Origin: Candidatus Woesearchaeota archaeon
Lineage (GTDB): Archaea > Nanobdellota > Nanobdellia > Woesearchaeales > 21-14-0-10-32-9
Reading direction: 5' to 3'
DNA length: 64,000 bases
NCBI GenBank assembly: GCA_047602735.1
Contig: JBLKOK010000001.1
Span: 14,261-78,260 of the forward strand
The position numbers and the translations under genes were made by a program. This document shows, piece by piece, positions 54,796 through 63,643 of the stretch (position 1 is its first letter; each line of letters starts with the position of its first letter). The notes under the pieces were generated by a model. The model was not told the origin of the DNA and searched no databases. It was given only the letters and a program-made list of their open reading frames with translations.

Positions 54796-55667
54796 CTTAT
54801 CGTATCCCTCACTTTATACCCTGCTATATATCTTTTAACTCCAAAATCTTCAACAATTGATTCAAGAACAGGTTTTTCACCAGTCCATTGTTTAACTCTT
54901 TTTTCGTTGATAGGATCAAAAGGAGTATTATGCCATGAACCATAAGGAACAGAAATAACAATTATATCCTTTGAAAGACTTTTTAGTTTTGAATAAAATT
55001 TTTTTGGATCGTCAACATGTTCTAATACTTGTTGACATAAGACTATATCGTACTTTCCTTCTGGTTTATAATCGAATATATCCATTTCAATACAATTTAT
55101 ATCCTTAGGATATACAAAGTCATTTGGAAATTCATTATCAATAGCAAATTTTTGATAAGTATTAGGAAACATGTCGAGCGTGACTGTAGAATCTTTAATA
55201 CCAACATCCAGTATTTTTCCATGTTTTGTTACACTCATTTTAGATGCAAAGTTAAATGCTTCACGATAATATTTGAAATTTTTTCTAAATTCTCCATAAT
55301 TTTGAATCATCTGCCAATATTGCCAGTTTTCATCAGAAAATTTTCCTTTTAATATTGAAAATACTTCAGGTAATTTTTTTAATATTTTTGTATGAAATTC
55401 ATCTAATTTTCTCTCATTAAGATAGTATATTATCTTATTATCTTTTATATTAGGATCGTGTGATTCTAATGAGACTAAGGAAGTAATATTATTATTTAAT
55501 TTAATATTTGTATTACTAAAATCAACAATGTATTCAATTATATTAAAATCATTATTATCTTTGTGGTTATAATTTCTTTTTGTGATAAGAGGAATATTTT
55601 TTCCTTTACTTAATTTTTTAATATACCTTTCAAGTTTGGGTTCGTTGTTTTTAAGTAAAAATTTCAT
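54792..55667 (-). CDS. Class I SAM-dependent methyltransferase (C-terminal domain) with unknown N-terminal domain
   Basis: KILDVGIKDS (motif I-like), YDIVLCQQVLEHVDDP (motif II/III), and IVISVP. Confidence 0.6.
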   Translation of the reverse strand: MKFLLKNNEPKLERYIKKLSKGKNIPLITKRNYNHKDNNDFNIIEYIVDFSNTNIKLNNNITSLVSLESHDPNIKDNKIIYYLNERKLDEFHTKILKKLPEVFSILKGKFSDENWQYWQMIQNYGEFRKNFKYYREAFNFASKMSVTKHGKILDVGIKDSTVTLDMFPNTYQKFAIDNEFPNDFVYPKDINCIEMDIFDYKPEGKYDIVLCQQVLEHVDDPKKFYSKLKSLSKDIIVISVPYGSWHNTPFDPINEKRVKQWTGEKPVLESIVEDFGVKRYIAGYKVRDTIR

Positions 55668-56551
55668 AATATTTCACGCTCTACAAAATCAACTATATCA
55701 CTTAATTTTCCCGATGTTGCGTATGAAGGAGTACTATCTGTCAGTTGTTTCATTTTATGTAATATTTTTTGTCTTTCTTTATATGCAACTGGAGTGGTTA
55801 AAGGCATAAGATTGCTTACTAGCAAACGAGGGAATTCCTCTAAGAAATAATAGCCTTGATTTACAAACCTTGTGAGTTTGGGCGTGCCATTTAACTCAAT
55901 TCCCATAAAATTTCCTGAATGTTTTTGTGGATAAACAATAGCATCTATCCCAGTAGGTTCAAAATGGTAGTTAAAAGGACTTTGTTCAGGTGAAAAAGTC
56001 ACTCTGTTTTCAAATTTATAATTTCTTAATATTTCTGAAAAATAAGGAAACTCTTCGGCTAAAGACGCTGCATTAAAATTCAAAATTTTGGTACCTGCAA
56101 CTATCATTTCATTATCAATTAAAGTTCTATCTCCAGAGATTATCTTTGTATCAGGTCTTCTTTTAATTAATTCCATCATAAAAGTTGTTTTCCCAGCACC
56201 AGAACGACCAGGTATAAGAATTGTTTTATCATCTATTCTTACAGCAGATGAATGAATTGAATAAATTCCTTTTTTTGACCAAAGATACTCAGAAATCTTA
56301 GAAGTAATAGCCATAATGTCTTCACTAATTATTTTTTGAGTACTATAAATTGCTTCTTCATTCGAGATATTGAAAATAGGTTTTCCTTCTTGTATCTTAA
56401 TAAGAAAATCTTTTGTTGGCTCAATAATTATTTTATCTATAGATTCTTCTATTTTTACATCAGGAATATATTGTCTGATAAGCTTTTTTGTTTTATCATT
56501 GGGAGAAAAATCATTAAAAATAATATTTTGTAGATACATCTCTAATTTCAT
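55664..56551 (-). CDS. HPr-kinase-like P-loop protein (HprK-related kinase family)
   Basis: HSSAVRIDDKTILIPGRSGAGKTTFMMELIKR parallels the HprK C-terminal-domain pattern H..a......g.l..G.SG.GKS..a.eL. Confidence 0.5.
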   Translation of the reverse strand: MKLEMYLQNIIFNDFSPNDKTKKLIRQYIPDVKIEESIDKIIIEPTKDFLIKIQEGKPIFNISNEEAIYSTQKIISEDIMAITSKISEYLWSKKGIYSIHSSAVRIDDKTILIPGRSGAGKTTFMMELIKRRPDTKIISGDRTLIDNEMIVAGTKILNFNAASLAEEFPYFSEILRNYKFENRVTFSPEQSPFNYHFEPTGIDAIVYPQKHSGNFMGIELNGTPKLTRFVNQGYYFLEEFPRLLVSNLMPLTTPVAYKERQKILHKMKQLTDSTPSYATSGKLSDIVDFVEREIL

Positions 56552-57633
56552 TTACTTACCTCCTTCAAGAGAAACTCATTTATAATTGCTTCCTCAACAC
56601 CTATGAGTTTATATTTACCAATTTCAGTTAAAAGAACAAATTTCATCTTTCCATTAGACGATATTTTATCTGTTTTAAATGAATATATCATACTTTTTAT
56701 TTGTTTTGAAGTGATTTTAAGTTCAGGTAAATTTTTTGATAAAAGACTAGTCATATTAGTATGATGTTTATAGTTTATTTCATCTAACATACCTAGTTTG
56801 TAAGATAATTTTGCTGCTAATTCCATCCCTTTTAGAACAGCTTCCCCATGATTTATTGTTTGATCTATACTTTCAATCGCATTGGCAAAAGTATGACCAT
56901 AACTTAACGCTTTGTGAACTCCTGTTTTATCATAAGGATCCTGTTTAACAAAAAAAGCTTTGATATTATGAGAAATTTGTATTACGTTTTTTCTATCAGT
57001 TAAAGATTCTTCATTATTAGCAATTTTTATTATAATGTCTTTAAAATACTTTTTATCAATTAGTTTAGAATGTTCTTTATAATTTGTTATAAAATAATGT
57101 TTTAATACTTCAACAAGTCCTTGCATCATTAATTTTCTAGGCATAGATGAAATAAATATATCTTCTATAATTATATACTTTGGACTATAAAACGAACCAA
57201 ATACGTTTTTCTTTTCATTAGATATAGCAACTTTCCCAATAATGTGGTCACTCATTGACATAAAAGATGTTGGAATTTGTATAAAATCTATTCCTCTCAT
57301 ATAAATTGATGCACAAAAACCTGTAATATCTCCAGTAACACCTCCACCCACCCCTATAATACAAGAATCTCTATCAAGATTCTTATTTGTCAATTGTTTT
57401 AATATCGGCACAACATTATTCAAATTTTTAGTCTTTTCATAAGGAGATATGAGAATTATATCTTTGAAATTGTTATCCACATAATTTTTGTGCAACCTAT
57501 AAATATTTTCATCAACTAAAGCAATAATTTTGGAATAATCAGATAGATCGATATCATCGATGGAATATAATAAAACAGGAAGCTCATTCTTAGTAATATA
57601 TTCTTCTCTGTTAAAGTAAAAGTTACTAATCAT
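56548..57633 (-). CDS. 3-dehydroquinate-synthase-like sugar phosphate cyclase
   Basis: IGVGGGVTGDITGFCASIYMRGIDFIQIPTSFMSMSDHIIGKVAISN, ALSYGHTFANAIE and NHGEAVLKGM align motif-for-motif with the DHQS/EEVS/DOIS superfamily. Confidence 0.8.
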   Translation of the reverse strand: MISNFYFNREEYITKNELPVLLYSIDDIDLSDYSKIIALVDENIYRLHKNYVDNNFKDIILISPYEKTKNLNNVVPILKQLTNKNLDRDSCIIGVGGGVTGDITGFCASIYMRGIDFIQIPTSFMSMSDHIIGKVAISNEKKNVFGSFYSPKYIIIEDIFISSMPRKLMMQGLVEVLKHYFITNYKEHSKLIDKKYFKDIIIKIANNEESLTDRKNVIQISHNIKAFFVKQDPYDKTGVHKALSYGHTFANAIESIDQTINHGEAVLKGMELAAKLSYKLGMLDEINYKHHTNMTSLLSKNLPELKITSKQIKSMIYSFKTDKISSNGKMKFVLLTEIGKYKLIGVEEAIINEFLLKEVSK

Positions 57634-57676
57634 AAGTAGTATACTTGCAAAATAATTTATAAATTTTATTTCTTAT

Positions 57677-57697
57677 TTTTCGGAAAATATACGAAAA
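57677..57697. promoter_or_regulatory. Inverted repeat TTTTCG-N9-CGAAAA upstream of the cyclase operon; shares TTTCGGAAAA with the 30476 site
   Basis: Read directly from the sequence. Lies 44-64 nt upstream of the 57633 start codon. Confidence 0.35.
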
Positions 57698-57718
57698 AGA
57701 GCAAATAAACTAATTGTT

Positions 57719-57731
57719 CACCCTGGGCGTC
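57719..57731 (+). repeat. Direct repeat copy 2: CACCCTGGGCGTC
   Basis: Exact match to the tRNA-Ser 3' end (52844..52856). Lies in the intergenic gap between the cyclase operon and the dehydrogenase gene. Confidence 0.8.
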
Positions 57732-57752
57732 CTTATTTTTAAAGAAACAAAT

Positions 57753-58877
57753 TTAACTTATTTTTATTAGCTTACCACTATCAGTTATTACATATAAATA
57801 ATCATCAGGACTTTGAGATACATCTCTAATTCGCTCCCCTAAGTTTTTTAGTAGCGGCTCTGCTTGTTTTACTTCACCATCTTCTTGTATTATAAATCTT
57901 CCAAGGTATTGACCTGCCAAGTTACCCACAAATAAATCTCCGTTAAACTTTTCTAATCGTTCACCTTGATAAAAAATCATACCTGCAGGAGGAAATCCAC
58001 CAGTACCACATTCCCAAACATAAACAGGGTTTTCAACGTCTTCATTCTCAAATTCCGATTCTGCTACAGGCGTGCTTGTCCCATACCTACAACCAGAGTG
58101 AGCAATTGGCCAACCATAATTACTTCCTGATCTTATGATATTTATTTTATCTCCGTCTCGCTCACCGTGTTCGCTTGCCCATAACTCATTTGTAACAGGG
58201 TTTAATGCTAAACCTTGAACATTTCTATGACCATAAGTATATATCTCATCTAAAACAGATTCATCATCAATAAATGGATTATCTAAAGGAACCGTTCCAT
58301 TTTTATATAATCTTATTATTGTTCCTAAATAATTTTGGGTGTCTTGAGAAACGTGTTGAGGACCAAAATTTTTTTGTCCCCTATCACCCGTACTATAATA
58401 TACATATTCTCCTTGAGTTATAACTCTAGATCCAAAATGCGCACCTCCTTGCATAAAAGGTGTTGCTATGTGAATTACTTCAAATTCTTTAAGAGCTAAT
58501 TTTTCTAAATCTAATATTGCTTTACCTAAATGCGTTGCATATCCTTGATCGTTTGAAGCACTATAAGTCAAATAAACATAACCTTCATTAAAATGAACAT
58601 CTAACAAACCCCCTTGACCAATATTTGATATTTGAGGTAAACCAGACAATTTTACTTTATGAAAGTTTTCTAAATTTAAATAAATTAAATCCCCTTGCTT
58701 TTCAGTTATTAAAATTTGATTTTCAGATATAAATTCTAATCCCCAAGGATTATTTAACTTTTCATAAACTACTTCATATGTATAATTTAATTCATCATTA
58801 AATACTTCTAACTGAGAAGTAGAGCACCCCATTAAAAAAATCGATGCTGTTATTAATATAAAAAAAACTTTTTTCAT
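57753..58877 (-). CDS. PQQ-dependent soluble sugar (glucose/sorbosone) dehydrogenase-like beta-propeller lipoprotein
   Basis: Lipobox-like signal MKKVFFILITASIFLMGCS; NNPWGLEF, GHRNVQGLALNP and SNYGWP. Confidence 0.8.
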   Translation of the reverse strand: MKKVFFILITASIFLMGCSTSQLEVFNDELNYTYEVVYEKLNNPWGLEFISENQILITEKQGDLIYLNLENFHKVKLSGLPQISNIGQGGLLDVHFNEGYVYLTYSASNDQGYATHLGKAILDLEKLALKEFEVIHIATPFMQGGAHFGSRVITQGEYVYYSTGDRGQKNFGPQHVSQDTQNYLGTIIRLYKNGTVPLDNPFIDDESVLDEIYTYGHRNVQGLALNPVTNELWASEHGERDGDKINIIRSGSNYGWPIAHSGCRYGTSTPVAESEFENEDVENPVYVWECGTGGFPPAGMIFYQGERLEKFNGDLFVGNLAGQYLGRFIIQEDGEVKQAEPLLKNLGERIRDVSQSPDDYLYVITDSGKLIKIS

Positions 58878-58925
58878 AAAATAAAAAAAAATAACTAGCT
58901 AATATAAATTTTATTGAAATAACTT

Positions 58926-59879
58926 TTAATAAATTATAGCCACTAATAATCTGTCTATATCTTCAAATCTTACTATTTTAGAATCTGGTAAATTAACATT
59001 ATCCCCTTTAGTTATAGCAAACCACCCCTCTTCATCTTGACCTATTTCTATAACTCTATGTATTATATCCCCTTCCCCTTTGTTAAAGCTTATTATGTCT
59101 CCAACAAATATTTCTTCAGGCGATAGAGGACGTATTTGTATTGCTTTTGAATCAGAATTTAGAGTAGGATGCATAGACTCCGTATCTGTAAATTTAGCAA
59201 ATAAAGGATTTTGAACAGTTATAGTAACAGTATTTCTAAAAACAGTTATATCTTGTTCAGATATTCGTTGAATAGGACCCCTTAGGTTTTGAACAGCTAG
59301 CTGAGCTAATAGTTCTTCATTTATAGATTCTAAGTACAAAACTCTATCTTTAGATTCTTCAATTAAATACTCTTTATTTATAATTTGTAATTCTAACATA
59401 AGATTTTTTGAGTTAAGATCATAGATATCATCTAATAATAAAGTGTTGTAAGATCTTAGAGAGTTTATACTTGATTCAAAATAAGTTTGTTGACCTAAAA
59501 TGATTATTAAGAATACTAAACAAACAATTATCCAAATATTATGTATTATGTTTAGTTTTTTTTGCTTGATTAAATTTCTTTCGTATAATAAATCATTCAT
59601 ACTATAACTTGATTTTTTTAAGAATTTTTCTAGGGTTTTAATGTATGCTTTTCTAGAGTCAGATTTTCTTAGATTTTCTATTAGCTTTTTATCTTCATAA
59701 TTTTCTAAAATCCAACTTATGAAAAAGTCTTTATCTTGTTCTAAGTATTTTTTGAATTCTTTATCAGATAATAGTTTTAGTTCATTTATTAATTCCTTAT
59801 AACTATGAACGAATGTTCCATCCTCTAACTTTAAGGATTTATCATAATTAACGTTTTTAAAAAAAGTTTTTTTTGACAT
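58926..59879 (-). CDS. Sec11/SPase I-type signal peptidase with a ~200-aa N-terminal extension (cytosolic domain, TM helix, coiled coil)
   Basis: C-terminal TESMHPTLN (Ser), GDIISF, IIHRVIEI (His) and ITKGDNVNLPD. TM helix IWIIVCLVFLIIILG. Confidence 0.65.
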   Translation of the reverse strand: MSKKTFFKNVNYDKSLKLEDGTFVHSYKELINELKLLSDKEFKKYLEQDKDFFISWILENYEDKKLIENLRKSDSRKAYIKTLEKFLKKSSYSMNDLLYERNLIKQKKLNIIHNIWIIVCLVFLIIILGQQTYFESSINSLRSYNTLLLDDIYDLNSKNLMLELQIINKEYLIEESKDRVLYLESINEELLAQLAVQNLRGPIQRISEQDITVFRNTVTITVQNPLFAKFTDTESMHPTLNSDSKAIQIRPLSPEEIFVGDIISFNKGEGDIIHRVIEIGQDEEGWFAITKGDNVNLPDSKIVRFEDIDRLLVAIIY

Positions 59880-59935
59880 ACTTACTTTAATCTAATTACA
59901 AAACTATATATATTTAATTATTCACAATATACGTC

Positions 59936-60211
59936 ATGGATCCTAAAATACTTTTTGATTGTAGACCAGAAGAATGTTTTTGGACTTGTAACGGCAGAGT
60001 TCTTAGAAACGTATATGAATTAGTTAGTTATGTTAAGACTTCTGATGATTATTCTTTTAAGTATCATAAAAATAATGAAAAAGATGATTTTGGTAAATGG
60101 ATTAGAGATGTTTTTGATGATTATATTTTATCAGATAGACTAAACAATGTTTTTGATAAACTAAGATATGCAGATATAATAGAGCAAAGAGTTAAAGAAC
60201 TTGAAGACTAA
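59936..60211 (+). CDS. Small protein homologous to the N-terminal domain of the divergent signal peptidase gene
   Basis: GRVLRNVYELVSYVK...FKYH...DDFGKWIRDVFDD aligns with GTFVHSYKELINELK...FKKY...KDFFISWILENYED. Confidence 0.45.
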   Translation: MDPKILFDCRPEECFWTCNGRVLRNVYELVSYVKTSDDYSFKYHKNNEKDDFGKWIRDVFDDYILSDRLNNVFDKLRYADIIEQRVKELED

Positions 60212-60263
60212 AGTTAATTCATTCAAGCAATAGTTTAAATAAACATACATAATACTTCTTTTT

Positions 60264-61010
60264 ATGGTAAACTTTTGGAATGTTGTAAATAAGGTAATTA
60301 AAGAATCAGATATATTACTCTTAGTTATGGATTCAAGGATGAGCTTTGAAACAAAAAATAAAGAGATAGAAGATAAAATAAAGAGAACAAATAAGCCATT
60401 CATATATGTTTTAACAAAATGTGATCTTATAAGTCAAGAAGACTCTGAAAAGTTAAAAAAGATAATTAAGCCTTCAGTGTTTGTTTCATCAAAAGAATAT
60501 CATGGACTTAACATTTTAAGGGAAAAACTCATAATCATAGGTAAGCAAAATTATCCTAAGAAAAGTGATTATGTTATAGGTATATTAGGTTATCCTAATG
60601 TAGGTAAGTCTTCTTTGATTAATGCTATGAGTGGAAGAAGTGCAGCAGGCGTTAGCAGTGTTAGTGGATTTACAAAAGGAGTTCAAAAAATAAGAATAGA
60701 TAATAAATTAGTTTTTTTAGATACACCCGGAGTTATTCCATATAGTGAAAAAGATGAAGAGAAACATTCAGTTATTGGTACAATAGATTATAATAAAGCT
60801 AAGGATCCAGATCTTGTTGTTATGAAATTATTTGAAGAGTTTCCAAAAATGTTAGAAAACTATTACGAAATACCCTTTAACTTAGATAGTGAAGAAAAGC
60901 TTGAACAAATAGCTAAAAATTTGAACATGGTAAAAAAAGGAAACCACCCAGATATTGACCGCGTTAGCAAAAAAATTCTTAAAGATTGGCAAGAAGGAAG
61001 GATAAAATGA
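60264..61010 (+). CDS. Circularly permuted GTPase (YlqF/RbgA/MJ1464-like ribosome-biogenesis GTPase)
   Basis: G4 TKCD precedes G1 GYPNVGKSS and G3 DTPG, which is the permuted order. Confidence 0.8.
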   Translation: MVNFWNVVNKVIKESDILLLVMDSRMSFETKNKEIEDKIKRTNKPFIYVLTKCDLISQEDSEKLKKIIKPSVFVSSKEYHGLNILREKLIIIGKQNYPKKSDYVIGILGYPNVGKSSLINAMSGRSAAGVSSVSGFTKGVQKIRIDNKLVFLDTPGVIPYSEKDEEKHSVIGTIDYNKAKDPDLVVMKLFEEFPKMLENYYEIPFNLDSEEKLEQIAKNLNMVKKGNHPDIDRVSKKILKDWQEGRIK

Positions 61011-61119
61011 GCTTTATTTTTAAAATTAATACTTAAAAAAGGCTTTTTGAAGCTTCAGGAAGATAATAAAAACTAATTGAGTTGAAAAAGAAACATTTTT
61101 ATATATCAATATACTTATT

Positions 61120-61908
61120 ATGTATAAAATGAATGGAAAAGTTAAACTGGAGGATAAAAAGAGGATTGATAAAACACAAGAAATTATTCTAGAACTTATG
61201 AAATACGATTATCAAAATGAAAGAAAACTAGCTTTTGATGTAACAAAAAAAGACGAAGAAAAATTTAAAGAATACTCCAGACAGGAATTAAATGAATTAA
61301 ACATAACAAATCCTAATAAATATTTAGACGAATTATTAACATATAGCTGTGGAGAAAATAAATTACTTAACACCTTAAAATCAAATTTGATGTTAGGATA
61401 CACAAATCAAAATAAACATAATGTGGCATCAGATATAGAATGGGACTTAAAATTATTTTACGGTGCAGACCTTGAAAATCTTAACGAGTTAGAAAACTTT
61501 GTTTATGAAACTATTATGAATACAGAGAACATAGATTTAGAAGACAAAGATCAAAGAAACGACGTATTGTTAAATTCTTTTAATAATACAAAACATACAA
61601 ATTATTCCTTTGAAGAAATACTAGATAGTTACATACAAACTAAAGAAAACTCCTTAGACATCTATAAATCTATGAGAATATACTTTGAAGAACTAAAAGA
61701 TAGTTATGTTCCAACATTTAGCGAGAAAATATTCGGCAATAAAAAATTAAAGAAAATAAATGAATTCATAAGAGAAATGCCAACTTTTGAACAAGTAGAT
61801 GAATACAAATCAAAATTAAGAGACAAATATGAATTTTCAAAAGATAATATACTACAAAAACATGAGATTATAAAAGACAACTATGAATTAATTGCCTATA
61901 GTGCATAA
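61120..61908 (+). CDS. Hypothetical protein
   Basis: 262-aa ORF with no motif recognised. Confidence 0.4.
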   Translation: MYKMNGKVKLEDKKRIDKTQEIILELMKYDYQNERKLAFDVTKKDEEKFKEYSRQELNELNITNPNKYLDELLTYSCGENKLLNTLKSNLMLGYTNQNKHNVASDIEWDLKLFYGADLENLNELENFVYETIMNTENIDLEDKDQRNDVLLNSFNNTKHTNYSFEEILDSYIQTKENSLDIYKSMRIYFEELKDSYVPTFSEKIFGNKKLKKINEFIREMPTFEQVDEYKSKLRDKYEFSKDNILQKHEIIKDNYELIAYSA

Positions 61909-61910
61909 CT

Positions 61911-63104
61911 TTACTTGTCGGCAATTATTTCTACGACGTCACCACGTTTTAAAATATGATCTTTTCCAACAGTTCTTTTGGTTTTTACATCAACTGCTCT
62001 AATAAAATTATCTCCTAAATCAGAATGTACTTTGTAAGCAAAGTCTAACGCAGTACTTTTTTCAGGAAGTAAGAAACAATCAGGAAGTCTGTTTCCATCT
62101 TTATCTTCAAGTTTAGAAACCCCCCCTGGAAATATAGGCATATATTTTAAAAGTTCTAATACAGCACTATCTAATACTTTTTGAACACCACTACTACCAA
62201 CTTTATCTAATACACCAGATTTTATGAATTCTAAGGCATTCTTTTGTTTTTCATTAACACCACCTGTTATTTCAAAGTCATCTGAGCCAGGAATATAGTT
62301 TATTAATTTATGTTTTGAAGCTTCTTTTAAAGCAAGTTCACTCTCAGCACTACAAGGAACTATTATATAATCAGGAAATTCTTTTTTTATTCTTTCAAAA
62401 TTTTCTAAAGCGCCATCAACATCTGCTTTGTTTGCTGCAATCATTATAGGTTTTGTTTTAATTCTGAGAGCTCTTGCAAAGCTAAATAATTCTTCTTCAT
62501 TCCAAAGACTTAATTTTTTTTCTACTAAACCCAGATTTTTAAGTATGGATTTTATCATATCTTCATTACTTCCAAGACCACTAAATTGTTTGTGAAGTGC
62601 TTTTTCTATGTCTTGGTTTGTTTGAGATACACTCCTACTAAACTTATCCCAACTCTTTTTTAGTATAGCAAGATACCAATGATCGAGTTCATCTTCTAAG
62701 AATTTTATGTCATTTGAAGGATTATAACTACCTTTATCAACAGGCTCTCCTTTTTCATTTGTACTCCCAGAAACATCTATTACGTGAATTAGAGCATCTG
62801 CTTGATTTAAATCATTTAAGAACTCAAGACCCATACCTTTTCCTTCATGAGCACCAGGAACAAGACCCGCTACATCTATTAAGTCTACAGGAACAAATCT
62901 GTTGTGATTTATACAATAACCAACTCTTGGATTACATTTTGTATTAAAAAATTTGTCTGCGCACTCAACTTTTATGAAACCAATACCTTTATTTGGTTTT
63001 ATTGTAGCAAACGGATAATTAGCTATCTCAACGTTAGCAAGCGTACTTGCCTTAAAAAAAGTACTTTTACCACAATTTGGTTTTCCAACAATTCCAATTA
63101 ACAT
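61911..63104 (-). CDS. Obg-family P-loop GTPase/ATPase of the YchF/OLA1 type with C-terminal TGS domain
   Basis: GIVGKPNCGKSTFF, DVAGLVPGAHEGKG, NKAD, and TGS-like LKRGDVVEII. Confidence 0.8.
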   Translation of the reverse strand: MLIGIVGKPNCGKSTFFKASTLANVEIANYPFATIKPNKGIGFIKVECADKFFNTKCNPRVGYCINHNRFVPVDLIDVAGLVPGAHEGKGMGLEFLNDLNQADALIHVIDVSGSTNEKGEPVDKGSYNPSNDIKFLEDELDHWYLAILKKSWDKFSRSVSQTNQDIEKALHKQFSGLGSNEDMIKSILKNLGLVEKKLSLWNEEELFSFARALRIKTKPIMIAANKADVDGALENFERIKKEFPDYIIVPCSAESELALKEASKHKLINYIPGSDDFEITGGVNEKQKNALEFIKSGVLDKVGSSGVQKVLDSAVLELLKYMPIFPGGVSKLEDKDGNRLPDCFLLPEKSTALDFAYKVHSDLGDNFIRAVDVKTKRTVGKDHILKRGDVVEIIADK

Positions 63105-63213
63105 ATAATAATAGAAAACGCTCTATTTTAAAAAATTATTCAAAATCATTATAAATAAGAACTATTCTTTTTATAGTATAAAAAAAAAAAACATTAATGG
63201 GGGTAGATAATTA

Positions 63214-63624
63214 ATGGCAAAAACAAATACGCTAAAAAATTTGTCCGGAGTATTTTATTTAAGAATAGCACTGGGACTTATGTTTTTAGTACACGGATTT
63301 TATAAACTTGTAGGACTTACAAGCGGAGCAGCACAACCAATGGGTATGTTTCAAGGATTTTTTGGAGCATCAATAGGACCACTTGTGGCATGGCTAGTAG
63401 CACTAATAGAGTTTTTAGGAGGAGCATTTTTAATACTAGGATTCTTAAGTTGGACAAGTAGTTTTTTATTAGCAGCAATTATGGCCGGTTCAATAGTTCT
63501 AGTACATCTAGGAAATTGGTCAGCTATAACACAACACCTAGTATTTATTGCAGGACTTGTAGCAGTTATGAAGTCAAGCAATAGAGAATGTAGCTTAGAT
63601 GAAAAATTCAAATTAAAATTCTGA
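63214..63624 (+). CDS. DoxX-family membrane protein
   Basis: Four TM helices, with LGLMFLVHGFYKL typical of DoxX. Confidence 0.7.
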   Translation: MAKTNTLKNLSGVFYLRIALGLMFLVHGFYKLVGLTSGAAQPMGMFQGFFGASIGPLVAWLVALIEFLGGAFLILGFLSWTSSFLLAAIMAGSIVLVHLGNWSAITQHLVFIAGLVAVMKSSNRECSLDEKFKLKF

Positions 63625-63643
63625 TTTGAATAAATTTATTTTT

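Noticed and set aside
56548-57633. DHQS-like gene read as ordinary aroB, or as glycerol-1-phosphate dehydrogenase (egsA) for archaeal lipids
   Set aside because: The motifs GHTFANAIE and NHGEAV and the GDITGFCAS...IQIPTS block follow DHQS-type cyclases rather than the G1PDH pattern. No other shikimate gene is nearby. An aroB assignment cannot be fully excluded without a phylogeny, so I report the gene as a sugar-phosphate cyclase of unknown specificity.
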